Origin: Chiloscyllium plagiosum
Lineage: Eukaryota
Length of the DNA stretch: 64,000 bases
Reading direction: 5' to 3'
NCBI RefSeq assembly: GCF_004010195.1
Contig: NC_057753.1
Coordinates: 2,776,782 to 2,840,781, forward strand
Shown here piece after piece: positions 27,001 to 37,934 of this stretch. The notes under the pieces are model-generated. The model made no database searches. It was not told where the DNA came from and was given only the letters and a program-made list of their open reading frames with translations. The translations under genes and the position numbers were made by a program. Position 1 is the stretch's first letter. Every line of letters begins with the position of its first letter.

Positions 27001-27294
27001 TAGTGCCCTTTCGTTAAATAATTAAAATTAGTACCTAAAGCGAAGAGCACAGTAATTTAGAAATTTATACGTAACACGATCTGCATAAGCCCAACTATGT
27101 TCTTTCCAATTAACTGCTGGTTTATCGACACTCACAACTGTTCATCTGAACATATTAACGACTGCAGATACTAAGATCTTATGGAAATAAGTGTTAAAGT
27201 TTTGAAAGCAAATATCTACTGCACAGAAATCATTACTTGTCCTGACAACAAATTGCAGCACTGAGGAATGGTGCATTTTAAGAAATGTTACTTG

Positions 27295-27685
27295 AATGAG
27301 AGGCGACATGATAGAAATTTCAAAACTAAATGAGAGATAAAGAGAGAGTTAATAGTCGTGGTCTTTTCCCAAACGTGGGAGATTTCAAGAGTCGTGGGCG
27401 TATTGTGATGGTGGGAGGAGAAACATTTTAAAAGACAACAGAGACAATTTTTCTTTTTGTATAAAGGGTATTTCGCGTGCAGAATGAACTTCCCGAAGAA
27501 GTGTTGGATGTGGGTACAATTACAACGTTTAAGTGACGTTTGGAAAGATATTAAAATACGAAAGGTTTGGAGGGGTATTGGTCAGGAGCAGTCAGGTGGG
27601 ACTAGTTTAGTCTGGGATTGTGTTCGGCATGGACTGGCAATACTGAAGGGTCAAATTACGTGATGTGTGTAACTATGACTCTTTG
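27295..27685 (+). mobile_element. Old CR1 LINE 3' fragment
   Basis: Contains gaggcgacatgatagaaattt..., a degenerate 3' UTR and a ctatgact tail. Confidence 0.65.
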
Positions 27686-27845
27686 AACAAGCACACTTTT
27701 ATCTGCGGAGTTTCAGTGGTTCAGTTCGATGTGGTGGTTGTCAGGTGTTTTTTGAGGCAATAACTAGAATGAAGAAAATCTTGAGTGTTACATTACGTAC
27801 CTTATCAATTTCCTTACACTAAGTTCTATCAGAATGTGCTCATTT

Positions 27846-28121
27846 GGGCGGCACTGTGGCACAGTGGTTAGCACTGCTGCCTCGCAGCGCCAAAGATCCG
27901 GGTTCAATTCACGCCTCCGGCGACTGACTGTGTGGAGTTTGCACGTTCTCCCCGTGTCTGCGTGGGATTGCTCCGGTTTCCTCCCACAGTCCAAAGGTCA
28001 GGTGAATTGGCAACATGCTAAGTTGCCCGTAGTGTTAGTTAAGGGGTAAATGTAGAGGTATGGGTGGGTTGCGCTTCGGCGGGTCAGTGTGGACTTGTTG
28101 GGCCGAAGGGCCTGTTTCCAA
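27846..28121 (+). mobile_element. HE1-like tRNA-derived SINE
   Basis: A box TGGCACAGTGG (27857-27867), B box GGTTCAATTC (27901-27910), central tgtgtggagtttgcac.ttctccccgtgtctgcgtgg and a CR1-like tail gggccgaagggcctgtttcc. Confidence 0.92.
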
Positions 28122-28159
28122 TTCTTCAAACCATTTAACCAAACAATTATCTGTATGAA

Positions 28160-28295
28160 ATGCACAAAACAAGAAATAGCAAGAGAAACTCCGCAGGTCT
28201 GGCAGCATCTAAGGAGAGAAAACATCAACTCTGTCTTCTCATCACAGATGCTGCCCGACCTGCTAAGTTTCTTCAGCAATATTTGATTTTGTGTG
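28160..28295. repeat. Inverted-repeat element (dispersed family, probably Penelope-derived)
   Basis: Arms gcaggtctggcagcatct / agatgctgcccgacctgc. Related sequence occurs at ~4905-5040, 8815-8950, 18280-18410, 37385-37480, 37805-37930, 49530-49640, 51585-51710, 52225-52325 and 56220-56330. Confidence 0.75.
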
Positions 28296-29149
28296 ATTCA
28301 CATCGTCAATATCGGCAATTCCTTGTTTTATTTAAATCATTTGTTCCACTAACTTTCATGATACAACTACTGATCTCAAAAGACCTCATGTCCCATTGTT
28401 TCGAGTATATGTCAATTTTTGCATATATATGATTTCTCCAGATTATTTATGTGCTTATTTCAATGTGTCTGTAACACCATTCTCTCTAATTAACAATAAT
28501 ATGCAATTGATTATTGCTTTGTCATTGGCGTAAAATAGAACATAACATATCGAAAAGTACAGCACAGAACAGGCCCTTTGGCCCACGATGTTGTGCCGAG
28601 ATTCAATCCTAATGTAAAATATTACGACTTAACCTATGCACCCCTCAACTGACTGTTGTTCATGTGCATGTCCAGCGGTCGCTTAAATGTTCCCAATGAC
28701 ATCTCTTCCTCCACTACAGCTGGCAACGCATTCTACACAATCACAACGCTCTGTGTAAAGAACCTACCTCTGACGTCTCCTTTACACCGTCCTCCTAATA
28801 TCTTCAAACAAAGACTTCTCGTACCAGTCAATCCTGACCTGGGGAAAAGTCTCAGGCTATAGACTCTATCTATTCCTCTCATTATCTTGTGTACCTTGAT
28901 GAGGACTCCTCTCTTCCTCCTTCTCTCCAGACAGAAAAGTCCAAGCTTTATCAACCTTTCTTCATAAGGCAAGCCCTCCAGTCCAGGCAAAACCCTGGTA
29001 AACCTTCTTTGCACCCTCTGCAAAGCCTCTATATCTTTTCTATAGTAGGGCGACCATAACTGGACACAATATTGCAAGTGTGGTCTCGCCTGGGACTTAT
29101 AGAGCTGCAGCAAAACCTTGGCGCTCTTAACCTCGAACCCCCAGTTAGT

Positions 29150-30197
29150 GAAACATAGAACATAGAACATAGAAAAATACAGCGCAGTACAGGCCCTTTG
29201 GTCCTCGATGCTGCGCCGATCCAAGCCCACCTAACCTACACTAGCCCACTATTGTCCATATGCCTATCCAATGCCCGCTTAAATGCCCATAATGAGGGAG
29301 AGTCCACCACTGCTACTGGCAGGGCATTCCATGAACTCACGACTCGCTGAGTAAAGAATCTACCCCTAACATCTGTCCTATACCTACCACCCCTTAATTT
29401 AAAGCTATGCCCCCTCTCTAATAGCTGACTCCATACGTGGAAAAATGTTCTCATGGTCAACCCTATCTAAACCCCTAATCATCTTGTACACCTCTATCAA
29501 GTCACCCAAAAACCTTCTTTTTTCCAATGAAAACACCCCAAGTGCCTCAGCCTTTCCTCATACGATCTTCCTACCATACCAGGCAACATCCTGGTAAACC
29601 TCCTCTGCACCCGTTCCAGTGCCTCCACATCCTTCCTATAGTATGGCGACCAAAACTGCACACAATACTCCAGATGCGGCCGCACCAGAGTCTTATACAA
29701 CTGCAACATGACCTCAGTACTCCAGAACTCAATTCCTCTACCAATAAAAGCCAGTACGCCATATGCCTTCCTCACCGCACTTGTAACTTGACACATCCTT
29801 CCTCACTGTCAACAACTCCACCGACTTTCGTATCATCCGCAAACTTGCTCACCCAACCTTCTCCTCCAGGTCATTTATAAAAATGACAAACAGCAATGGT
29901 CCCAAAACAGATCCTTGCGGAACACCACTAGTAACTGCACTCCAAGATTAACCTTTACCATCAACTACTACCCTCTGTCTTCATCCAGCCAGTCAATTCC
30001 TAATCCAAACCTCCAACTCACCCTCAATGCCATACCTCCGTATTTTTTGCAGTAGCCTACCATGGGGAACCTTATCAAACGCCTTACTAAAATCGATATA
30101 CACTACATCTACCGCTTTACCCTCGTCTACCTCCTTAGTCACCTTCTGAAAGAATTCAATAAGGTTTGTGACGCACGACCTGCCCTTCACAAAACCT
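29150..30197 (-). mobile_element. CR1 LINE 'B' inserted inside CR1 'A', with an internal deletion near 29780
   Basis: Has its own (ACATAGA)n tail at 29152-29175. ORFs 29236-29460, 29497-29796 and 29993-30190 (DVVYIDFSKAFDKVPH). Confidence 0.9.
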
Positions 30198-30199
30198 AA

Positions 30200-30553
30200 T
30201 CCTTAGCTATTCTTAGCAGCCACACACGCAGATGACAAGCAAATTGAGTTCGACTGGGACAACACTACTATTACAGGACAAGCCAAACAGAGAACAGCCA
30301 GGGAAATCCGAGAGGCATGGCACTCATCCACAGATTCTATCAACAAACACATCGACCTGAACCCAATATACCGGCCACTGCAGCGGACAGCTGGAACTGA
30401 CAACCGGAAGCGGCAGAGGCAAACCACTATAAATACCAGAGGAATCAACACAGAAGAGCTTCACAGGAGGATCCCAAGCACTGAGGATGTCACCTAGACA
30501 GGGGACGAAACGTCTGCAACAAACCTTCCCAGCTCAGCGAACAGGACCACAAC
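30200..30553 (+). mobile_element. Penelope-like element 3' fragment (C-terminal endonuclease region plus terminal repeat)
   Basis: Plus-strand translation ATHADDKQIEFDWDNTTITGQAKQRTAREIREAWHSSTDSINKHIDLNPIYRPLQR resembles the C-terminal part of Penelope GIY-YIG domains. It is followed by TATAAAT and a hammerhead motif. Confidence 0.8.
30478..30517 (+). ncRNA. Minimal type I hammerhead ribozyme motif
   Basis: GCA-CTGAGGA-T-GTCACCT-AGAC-AGGGGAC-GAAAC-GTC-TGC: stem I GCA/TGC, core CUGANGA and GAAA, stem II with 6 of 7 pairs, and palindromic ACGT in place of stem III. Predicted cleavage is after 30514. Confidence 0.75.
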
Positions 30554-30691
30554 ACCATATGCTTTCTTAACAACCCTATCCACTTGGCTGGCAATTTTGA
30601 GGGATCTATGTACTTCCACACTGCCAAGAATCCGGTCTTTAATCCTATATTCAGCATCGAGGTCAACCTTGAAAAATGCATTGCTTCACAT

Positions 30692-30983
30692 TTAGATTAG
30701 ATACGTACAGTGTGGAACTAGGCCCTTCGGCCCAACAAGTCCACACCGAACCACCAACGAGGTGCAACCCGCCCAGACCAATTCCCCTAGATTTACCCCT
30801 TCACCTAATACAACAGGTAATTTAGCATGGCCAATTCACCGAACCTGCTCATTTATGGACTGTGGGAGGAAACCCACCCACACAGGGAGAATGTGCAAAC
30901 TCCATGCAGACAGTTGCCGAGGCTGGAATTGAACCAAGTCTCTGGCGCTGTGAGGCAGCAGTTCTAACCATTGTGCCACCGCA
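30692..30983 (-). mobile_element. HE1-like SINE inserted in CR1 'A'
   Basis: Reverse complement of SINE head, body and tail, with a gattagattag tail. Confidence 0.9.
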
Positions 30984-33900
30984 TCCAGGTTGAACGCTTT
31001 TGGCCATTTCTCAACCCAGCTCTGCAACCTGTCTATGTCGCGCTGCAGCTTGCATAAGCCTTCTATACTATCGATGACAACTCCAACCTTAGTGTCATCT
31101 GCAAATTTACTAACCCACCCCTCAACCTTCTCATCCAAGAAATTTATAAAAACTACAAAGAACAGAGGTCCAAGAACAGAGCCCTGCGTGACCCCACTCA
31201 ACACTGTCCTACAGGCAGAATACTTTCCATCTGCAACCACTCTCTGCCTTCTGTCAGCCAACCAATTCTGAATCCAGATAGCCAAATCTCCCTGTATCCC
31301 ATGCTTCCTGACTTTATGAATGAGCCTACCATGGGGAACCGTATCAAATACCTTTCTAAAGTCCATAGACATCACATTCACTGCTCGACCGTCGTCATCC
31401 AGTCTTGACACCTCCTCAAAGAAATCAATAAGATTTGTGAGGCATGACCTGCCCCTCACAAAGCCATGCTGACTGCCTTTAATCACACTACGCTTTGCCA
31501 AATTGTCATAAATCCTATCCCTCGGAATTCTTTCCAAATATTGCTGATCACAGATGAAAGACTGACTGGTCTGTAATTGCCAGGGATTTCCCTGTTACCC
31601 TTCTTGAAAATAGGAACAACATTCGCCTCCTTCCAATCCTCTGGCACGACTCCTGTGGAGAGTCAGGAGGCAAATATCCTCGCCAGCTCTCCTTTCTCGT
31701 TTCCCGAAGCAGCCTAGGATAAAGTCTGGTCTGACCCTGAAGACTTATTATTCTTAATGTTTTCCAAAATTTCCAAAATTTGTAAAATGTCATGATTGTG
31801 TTAAGATTAACAGAGACTCATAAAACAAGTGTGAAACAGGTTATTAACTTAAAAACAGGTCGCAAGTATACTGTCTTCATGTGGAATGCCGTTTGAATTA
31901 TTTTGGTGCTATCCTGCTCTGATACATAATTATCACTATTTCCTCGCTTTATTCTTTCTGGTACAGCAAATTTGGCAATGGGAGCGATCCTTTACCGAAT
32001 ATGTGGTCTGTCTAGATGTATAATTAACTACGTCGTGTCCATGGCGCTAGCAGATCTGGTCATCATTGTCACTGTCATTATAAATCGATTTTCTGGTATT
32101 TATTTCCCATTCACTTTCCTATCCATCATACCAATTTTCTGTCTCTGTGCAATCCTAATTTATGCTCTCATAGATAGTTCTGCCTGGTTAACAGTTGCTT
32201 TCACCTTTGATTGGTTTGTGGCCATTTGTTGCCAGCAGCTGAAAATTAGATACTGTACGGAGAAGATTGGAACGTGAGCTAATGGGAGTGTTTGCACACT
32301 GAGCTGTCGAAGAAATGCGTTCTTGTATTTTATATTTGAACCTTTGTATATAATTGATAATGTACCGTGTTTCTGTGTTGTTAAACAACTATTTAGTTCA
32401 ACACCAGCACGGATTGCATATGATTTGAGGCGGTCTATTTTCGCTCCCTGTCTTCCATTCACTCTGATTGTACTGCGCAACGTTCTGACTGTAAGACATA
32501 TTCTAGCAGCCAACAGAGCCCGTAAAAGACTCTGGACCCAGACTAATGCAGAGAATCAGAGTGACCCAGAGATGGAGAAGCGGAAAAAATCCATCACCTT
32601 ACCTTTTGGCGTTTCAGGTAATTTTACCTTGCTATATTCGGTACTTTTTATAGCAGTACTGTATTCTAGAATTGCAAAAGTTGCTTATTATTCACGTTCT
32701 GATTACGGTGCCTCATCCTTTATCCTGGAAAAAAACGGGTGTATGCTTCAGTTTCTGAATTTCTGCATCAATCCCTTTATCTACGCTGGAACTCAGAGTA
32801 AATTGAGAGATGAGTTGAAGAATGGTTTGCAATATCCTTTGAGATTTTTTGCTAAGTTGTAAAAGTCTCCAACTCTTTGAGAAAATTAAATGAAACATGG
32901 ATGTTACATGTCGCCCACACATGCCTTCAACATGTCTTGTCATCCGTGCCCTCAAACTGAAAGTTCATTCGTGTTTGAACATTTGTGAAATATGTACGCA
33001 GTGCTTCATTAATTAATTTACAACGTCATTTTGCAAAGAGAAACAGCAGCGAATAAATTTGCAACTGTATAGGTCCAGGCCTGATGATATTCAAAACCCT
33101 CCCTTTTTTTTGTTTGTAATCAGTAAGTGAAGGGTCATGCAGGCACAAGCTATGCTGCTGTGCATTGTTCAAAAGCCAGCAAGGTCAGAAAACATGATGC
33201 ATGCCCATTGTTCTTCTGTAAACATCATCCTGTTCCACCAATAACCTGGGTTAGCCTCTGGCCCGCTTAATTTATGCGTTTCTACTTGGAGCTTTGTCAC
33301 ATATTCACGCAATTCCTGAGCAATCAAACTTCATGCACAGTTCCATCGCGTACTACCTTTGGGATTATACCAAAGCCACAGCCTCAGAAATGGAATGTGG
33401 CTATTCTCTCACATTCTCTTTTGAGCGTCAATGATCATAACTATCAAAGCCATGGTCAGAATTTTTGCATCTGCGCTGTGTCATGTCACATTCGTCATGA
33501 ATTTGATGCGCCTGCATGGTCAAAGGTTAGCATCTTCGTAAATAGAGGGTGTAAACTATAATGAAGATGTTCCTTAATGTTTGAGTTGTTACACCTTGGC
33601 AAAATTCCGTCTTCTTGTTAATCTTGCTGATCATCTGTGTGATTGGTTGAGACTGTTGAAATGGCAAAATTTCCATGGATAGATCATGACCTGGACTTTG
33701 ACATGTCTCCACATGTGAACATTATATTATTCAATTGGTGGAGGGTTTCTTCATCTCAAAGATAGCCTATTCTCCTCCTCAGGATTCATGGTCTTGCTCT
33801 CCAAATGCAGTTGCCCACTCAGCATTCATTTATCCCACTTCCTACCCCTCATCAGTTTTGTACACATGGCGTTCATTCTTTACTTTCTTCATGAGCTATG

Positions 33901-34392
33901 ATCCCTGCATGTGAATTCATTTCATTGGTCCTCGCACTGATGTTGAGTTTGTTGAAAGGTAGCCGCTCACGGTTCATGCATGTGATCAATCGACGATGGA
34001 TGTACATCAGTGACCTCTAAATGACCAATATTCTGAACAGAGAGACGAACATGCTTCTGACAGCCAATCTGATGACTGCCCACGACCTGTGGTATCTGCT
34101 TCACCTTTGCTTTTGTCTAAGGTTGCTTGTTCATATTGTCTACAGCAGAAAACATTGTAGAAAGCTTCCCCTCATTTATCGTCACTCAGATCTGCAGTGA
34201 CATGTTTAGAGGAAGCAAATTAGATACTTCATGGTTTATATGCTGGCCTTTCTCGTTTTATTGTAAATACTGCCAAAATGTTCCTGAGGGAGAAAAATGT
34301 CACTACTCCTCACTCAGAAATTAGTCCTTTGAAAATAAAGCCAGTTGTCTTTGCAACATTGCAGAAACCATAACTTCGGCGGGGCTTCCCGT

Positions 34393-34692
34393 GGGATGGT
34401 AGCACAATGGTTAGCACTGCTGCCTCACAGCGACAGGGACCTGGGTTCAATTCCCGTCTCGGGAAATTGTCTGTGTGGAGTTTGCACATTCTCCCCGTGT
34501 CTGCGTGGGTGTCCTCCGTGTACTCCGGTTTCCTCCCACAGTCCAACAACGTGCAGGTTAGGTGAATTGGCCATGCTAAATTGCCCGTAGTGTTTGGTGT
34601 AGGGGAATGCGTCTGGATGGGTGGCACTTCGGAGGGTTGGTATGGAATTGTTGGGCCGAAGGGCCTGTTTCCACATTGTAAGTAATCTTATT
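34393..34692 (+). mobile_element. HE1-like tRNA-derived SINE
   Basis: ggttagcactgctgcctcacagcg..gggttcaattcc..gtgaattggccatgctaaattgccc..gggccgaagggcctgtttcc. Confidence 0.92.
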
Positions 34693-36382
34693 TATAAAAA
34701 AAACACGACATCTCATTAACCTGTTCAGTCGCCTGGACGACAATTGAATAACAAGATTTGTGAACAGTGTTATTCATATTTAAGTCAGGCGACTTCCCTT
34801 GGACTTAAACATCAAAACCATGGAATAAATAACACTGCAAGTTACTTGGTCAAGGAGTAACCCACTCAGAAGTGAGAGCTGGATAATTGTTATTTCAATA
34901 TCAATACTCCTTGCTTCTGGACCACAAGTTAATAATATTGTCGACATCAGTACGATGTTAAGAAATCTGTCAATGCAGTCTTGAACTACATTTCCTATTT
35001 GCTGACTCATAATGTAATAGGATCACCAACTTAAAAGAGAGCTAAGTCATAGATTCAAATCTTCTACAAATGGCATGAGGTGCATTGAGGGCAGCTGGTA
35101 GTTCAACATACTTACAAATGCATCCAAGATCCAATAGAATCAATTTTATTTTACCACACTAAAAGCTGTCATTTTCCAACATTACCGGACAGATTAGCAT
35201 TGTAGAATAAGGAAACAGCTTTGATAAGTAAAGAAGAGTTGGAGCATGTTGTAGCGATATGGCAGTGGAATCAAGCGGCTGATAATTGAGCCTTTTGGTT
35301 CCTTATTTTCGAGGTAAATATCAATTTGTCGCCATATTGGTACAGACGGTGCATGGCGGACACAACGGATTCCAATATGGGAAGTAGAAATTAAGATTCT
35401 CTGACACGCTATGAGTTCATGAACATTCAGCAGTGGAATGTTCACGAGAAACCTCATGCAACCCTCCGTAGCAGCAAAGAGACTGAAAGGATGTGAATGT
35501 GGTGATACCACTGAGAGGCCTATTTCGTGCAGAAAGAAATTCAATCATTCCTTTCAGTTGTCGAATTAGTGTCATTTGACCCAATACTCCAAGTTTAGGG
35601 CGTGATATAAGAGTTCCTCAAAACTAATAAATCCGCTCAAAGTTTGTTGCATTGAAGGAACTTCGCCCTTTTCAATTGCAGCACAGTTTTATATGTTCCA
35701 CCCAAGTTGGGAACCACATTGCACCAACAGTATAGATCTAATATTCAACTGCAATGATTTTAACCACTCTTGCAACGTGCTGACCTTTCATACATTCATT
35801 CCTGTAGCGACATGTCAAATTGTGCTATGTCTGGTTCTAAGTCCCCACATTTGTTTCTAATGGCTGCTGAAGCTTCAAGACAGCCACAGGGGGAGTGATC
35901 CAAACCGAGCCAGCTGAGATTTAACTCGCTATTTTCCGTTATTTTTCTCTGTATATTAAATGCTCACAAATCTATACCTCTCTCTCATTAGATATGTTTC
36001 GCCTAATGTAATGTATTTCTATGTGTATGTTATCTGCATTTGTTTTGCAGTGAGACTTACAGTTGCACATTCTTTTGTGACTGGACATTTGCTGCTACGC
36101 TCCCGAAGGGATATCATTTTATTTTGGATTTTAACAAACAAGGAGATGGAGGCATTGCAAAGAGGGGGTTCCTTTATTAATAGGCGAGTGATGTTTATAT
36201 TTGTTATGTCAAAATTGGAAACTGGATAAATTCTGCGACAAACATTATCATTATTATTGTTTCCCGAAAGAAACTGAGAGCTGGATAGTAACTTGCAACA
36301 TGGCGTCAATAACATCTTTTTCAATATCATCAGAAAACAGGATTCGGCGCTCCTTCCGGTATACAAGAGGTCCAAAATTATA

Positions 36383-37382
36383 AAGTCATAGAATCAAGCA
36401 ACACAGATTCACGCCCTTTGTACTAGTCTGGCGACCAATAAAAACCAAACAAGATTATTCCCATTTACCTGCAGTTGTTCCACAGCCGGTTATGGCCTGG
36501 CATTCGATATGCTGTTTCAGATGATTCTTAAATGTTGCGAGTGCACTTGACTCCACCGGTGTTGGTGGAGTGTCTTTGGTGGAGACTCTCATCCAACTCA
36601 TGCCATGTTTGTGGAGCCGTCGTGTGAGCTTTTTGTTATTCATATTTCCACTAAAACGTCTTGAACTCGTCTTAAACTAATAGACTCTCTTCTTAGACTA
36701 GCTGTCTATGTCCCTTGTAACTTTTTAAATGTATTAATCAAACACTGCCCCTCCCGCTCAGCATCCTACTCACACACAGTCGTTACAGTTTTTCGTCATA
36801 CTGAGACGTTTCATTGAAGGCAATATCCTGGTGAATCTCCTTTCCACTCCCTCCACTGTAATCAAATCCTTCGAACAGCATGACGATCAGAACTGTAAAC
36901 AGCATTCAATTCTAGCTTGTTGCTCTGTCCAAGTTACGAGCTGATTAATAACAGATTATTGCCTGAGTCCACCTACCTCATCATCAACTGTACCACCAAT
37001 TTTCATGTCATCTGAAAACTTCCTGATTATAATTTCCACATTCACATTTAAGTCGTTATTTTACATTACAAACAAGAAGAGTTCCTGCACTGAAACAGCG
37101 GTAGACCAGAGATCACAGGCTTCCAATCACAAAAAAGACACTCCACCAACACCGATTGCCTTCTATGCAAAAGTCAACTTTGAAACCAGTTTGTCTACTT
37201 GATTTGGGCTCGAATATTTTGGACCAGCCTTCCGTATGGGACATTGCTAAATGCCTTACGGAAGTTCACACAAAACCAAGTTCTCATCAATATATGCAGT
37301 CGTCCTTTCAAAAATAAAGTCAATTAAATTAGTCAGACAAGACACTCTCTTGACAAATCCATCCTGACTTCCGTTGATCATT
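36383..37382 (-). mobile_element. Old CR1 LINE, RT to 3' end
   Basis: Minus-strand KFSDD remnant near 37005-37022 and a 3' UTR near 36385-36560. Confidence 0.7.
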
Positions 37383-37934
37383 AAAATCAAAATCAGAAAT
37401 TGCTGGAATATGTAGGTCAGACACCGTGAGCAGAGAAAGAAGAGTTAATCTTTTGTCTCCAGTGGTCCTTCTTTAGATCTGATCATAGCTAGGAAATGGG
37501 TTATGTACATAAGAAAGAGAGGCTGCAGGAAGAAGTCAACCGTAGGTGGAGATGGAATCCAGAGAGCGAAGAACAGTTACACAGACAGAGACGTGAGTAA
37601 CTGTCAAACTGGGAGAATGAATACTTGCTCATGGGAATCGTGAGCAGCTGGCAAATGGCTGTAAATATTAGCAGTCCGTGTGATGACAAGACCTGATTTG
37701 TGGAGCTTGAGTAAGGGCAGGGGAGATTTCTGATCTTTCCCTGCTTTTCTAAGTGTTGATGCATTCTGCTACTCAAACATTTCACCAATAAATTCCTGAC
37801 ACCAAACCAAAAACAAAAATTACCCGAAAGCTCAGGAGGTCTGGAGGCATCTGTGGAGATAAAGCAGAGTTAACGTTTCACCTCAGAACAAGGGTCACTT
37901 TCAGTATCTACAGATCCTTCTTTCTTTTGTTCTC

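Larger units (their letters stand above)
28535..31780 (-). mobile_element. CR1 LINE 'A' (RT to 3' end) in three pieces: 28535-29152, ~30550-30691, ~30984-31780
   Basis: ORFs 28733-29230 and 30836-31537 ([28 protein letters not shown]). The sequence rejoins across the inserts, e.g. cttcacattt|atccaggttgaac. Confidence 0.9.
18635..32862 (+). pseudogene. Class A orphan GPCR (GPR139/GPR142-like) pseudogene, copy 1; exon 1 18635-18704, exon 2 31967-32862
   Basis: Exon 1 encodes MHISPKDFVFSIFYPLHAAIGIP and ends at CCAG|gtaaag; the acceptor is ggtacag|CAAAT. The spliced product continues ANLAMGAILYRICGLSRC...SMALADL...LTVAFTFDWFVAIC...NVLTVRHILAANRARKRL...DPEMEKRKKSI...CINPFIYAGTQSKLR. It is 966 nt in one frame with a single internal TGA at 32275-32277. 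An assembly gap lies inside the intron. Confidence 0.88.

Noticed and set aside
27846..27925. tRNA genes at A-box/B-box motifs (also 34393, 51470, 53600, 57965, 61776)
   Set aside because: Each continues into a SINE or LINE body with no complete cloverleaf or terminator, so they are retroposon heads.
32275..32277. In-frame TGA as selenocysteine or programmed readthrough
   Set aside because: It does not align with a Cys, the context is TGA-GCT rather than TGA-CTAG, no SECIS was recognised, and other damaging substitutions point to decay.
33070..34300. Possible ancient transposon or coding remnant downstream of GPCR copy 1 (similarly 14380-14830)
   Set aside because: No motif could be recognised in any frame; left unannotated pending a database search.
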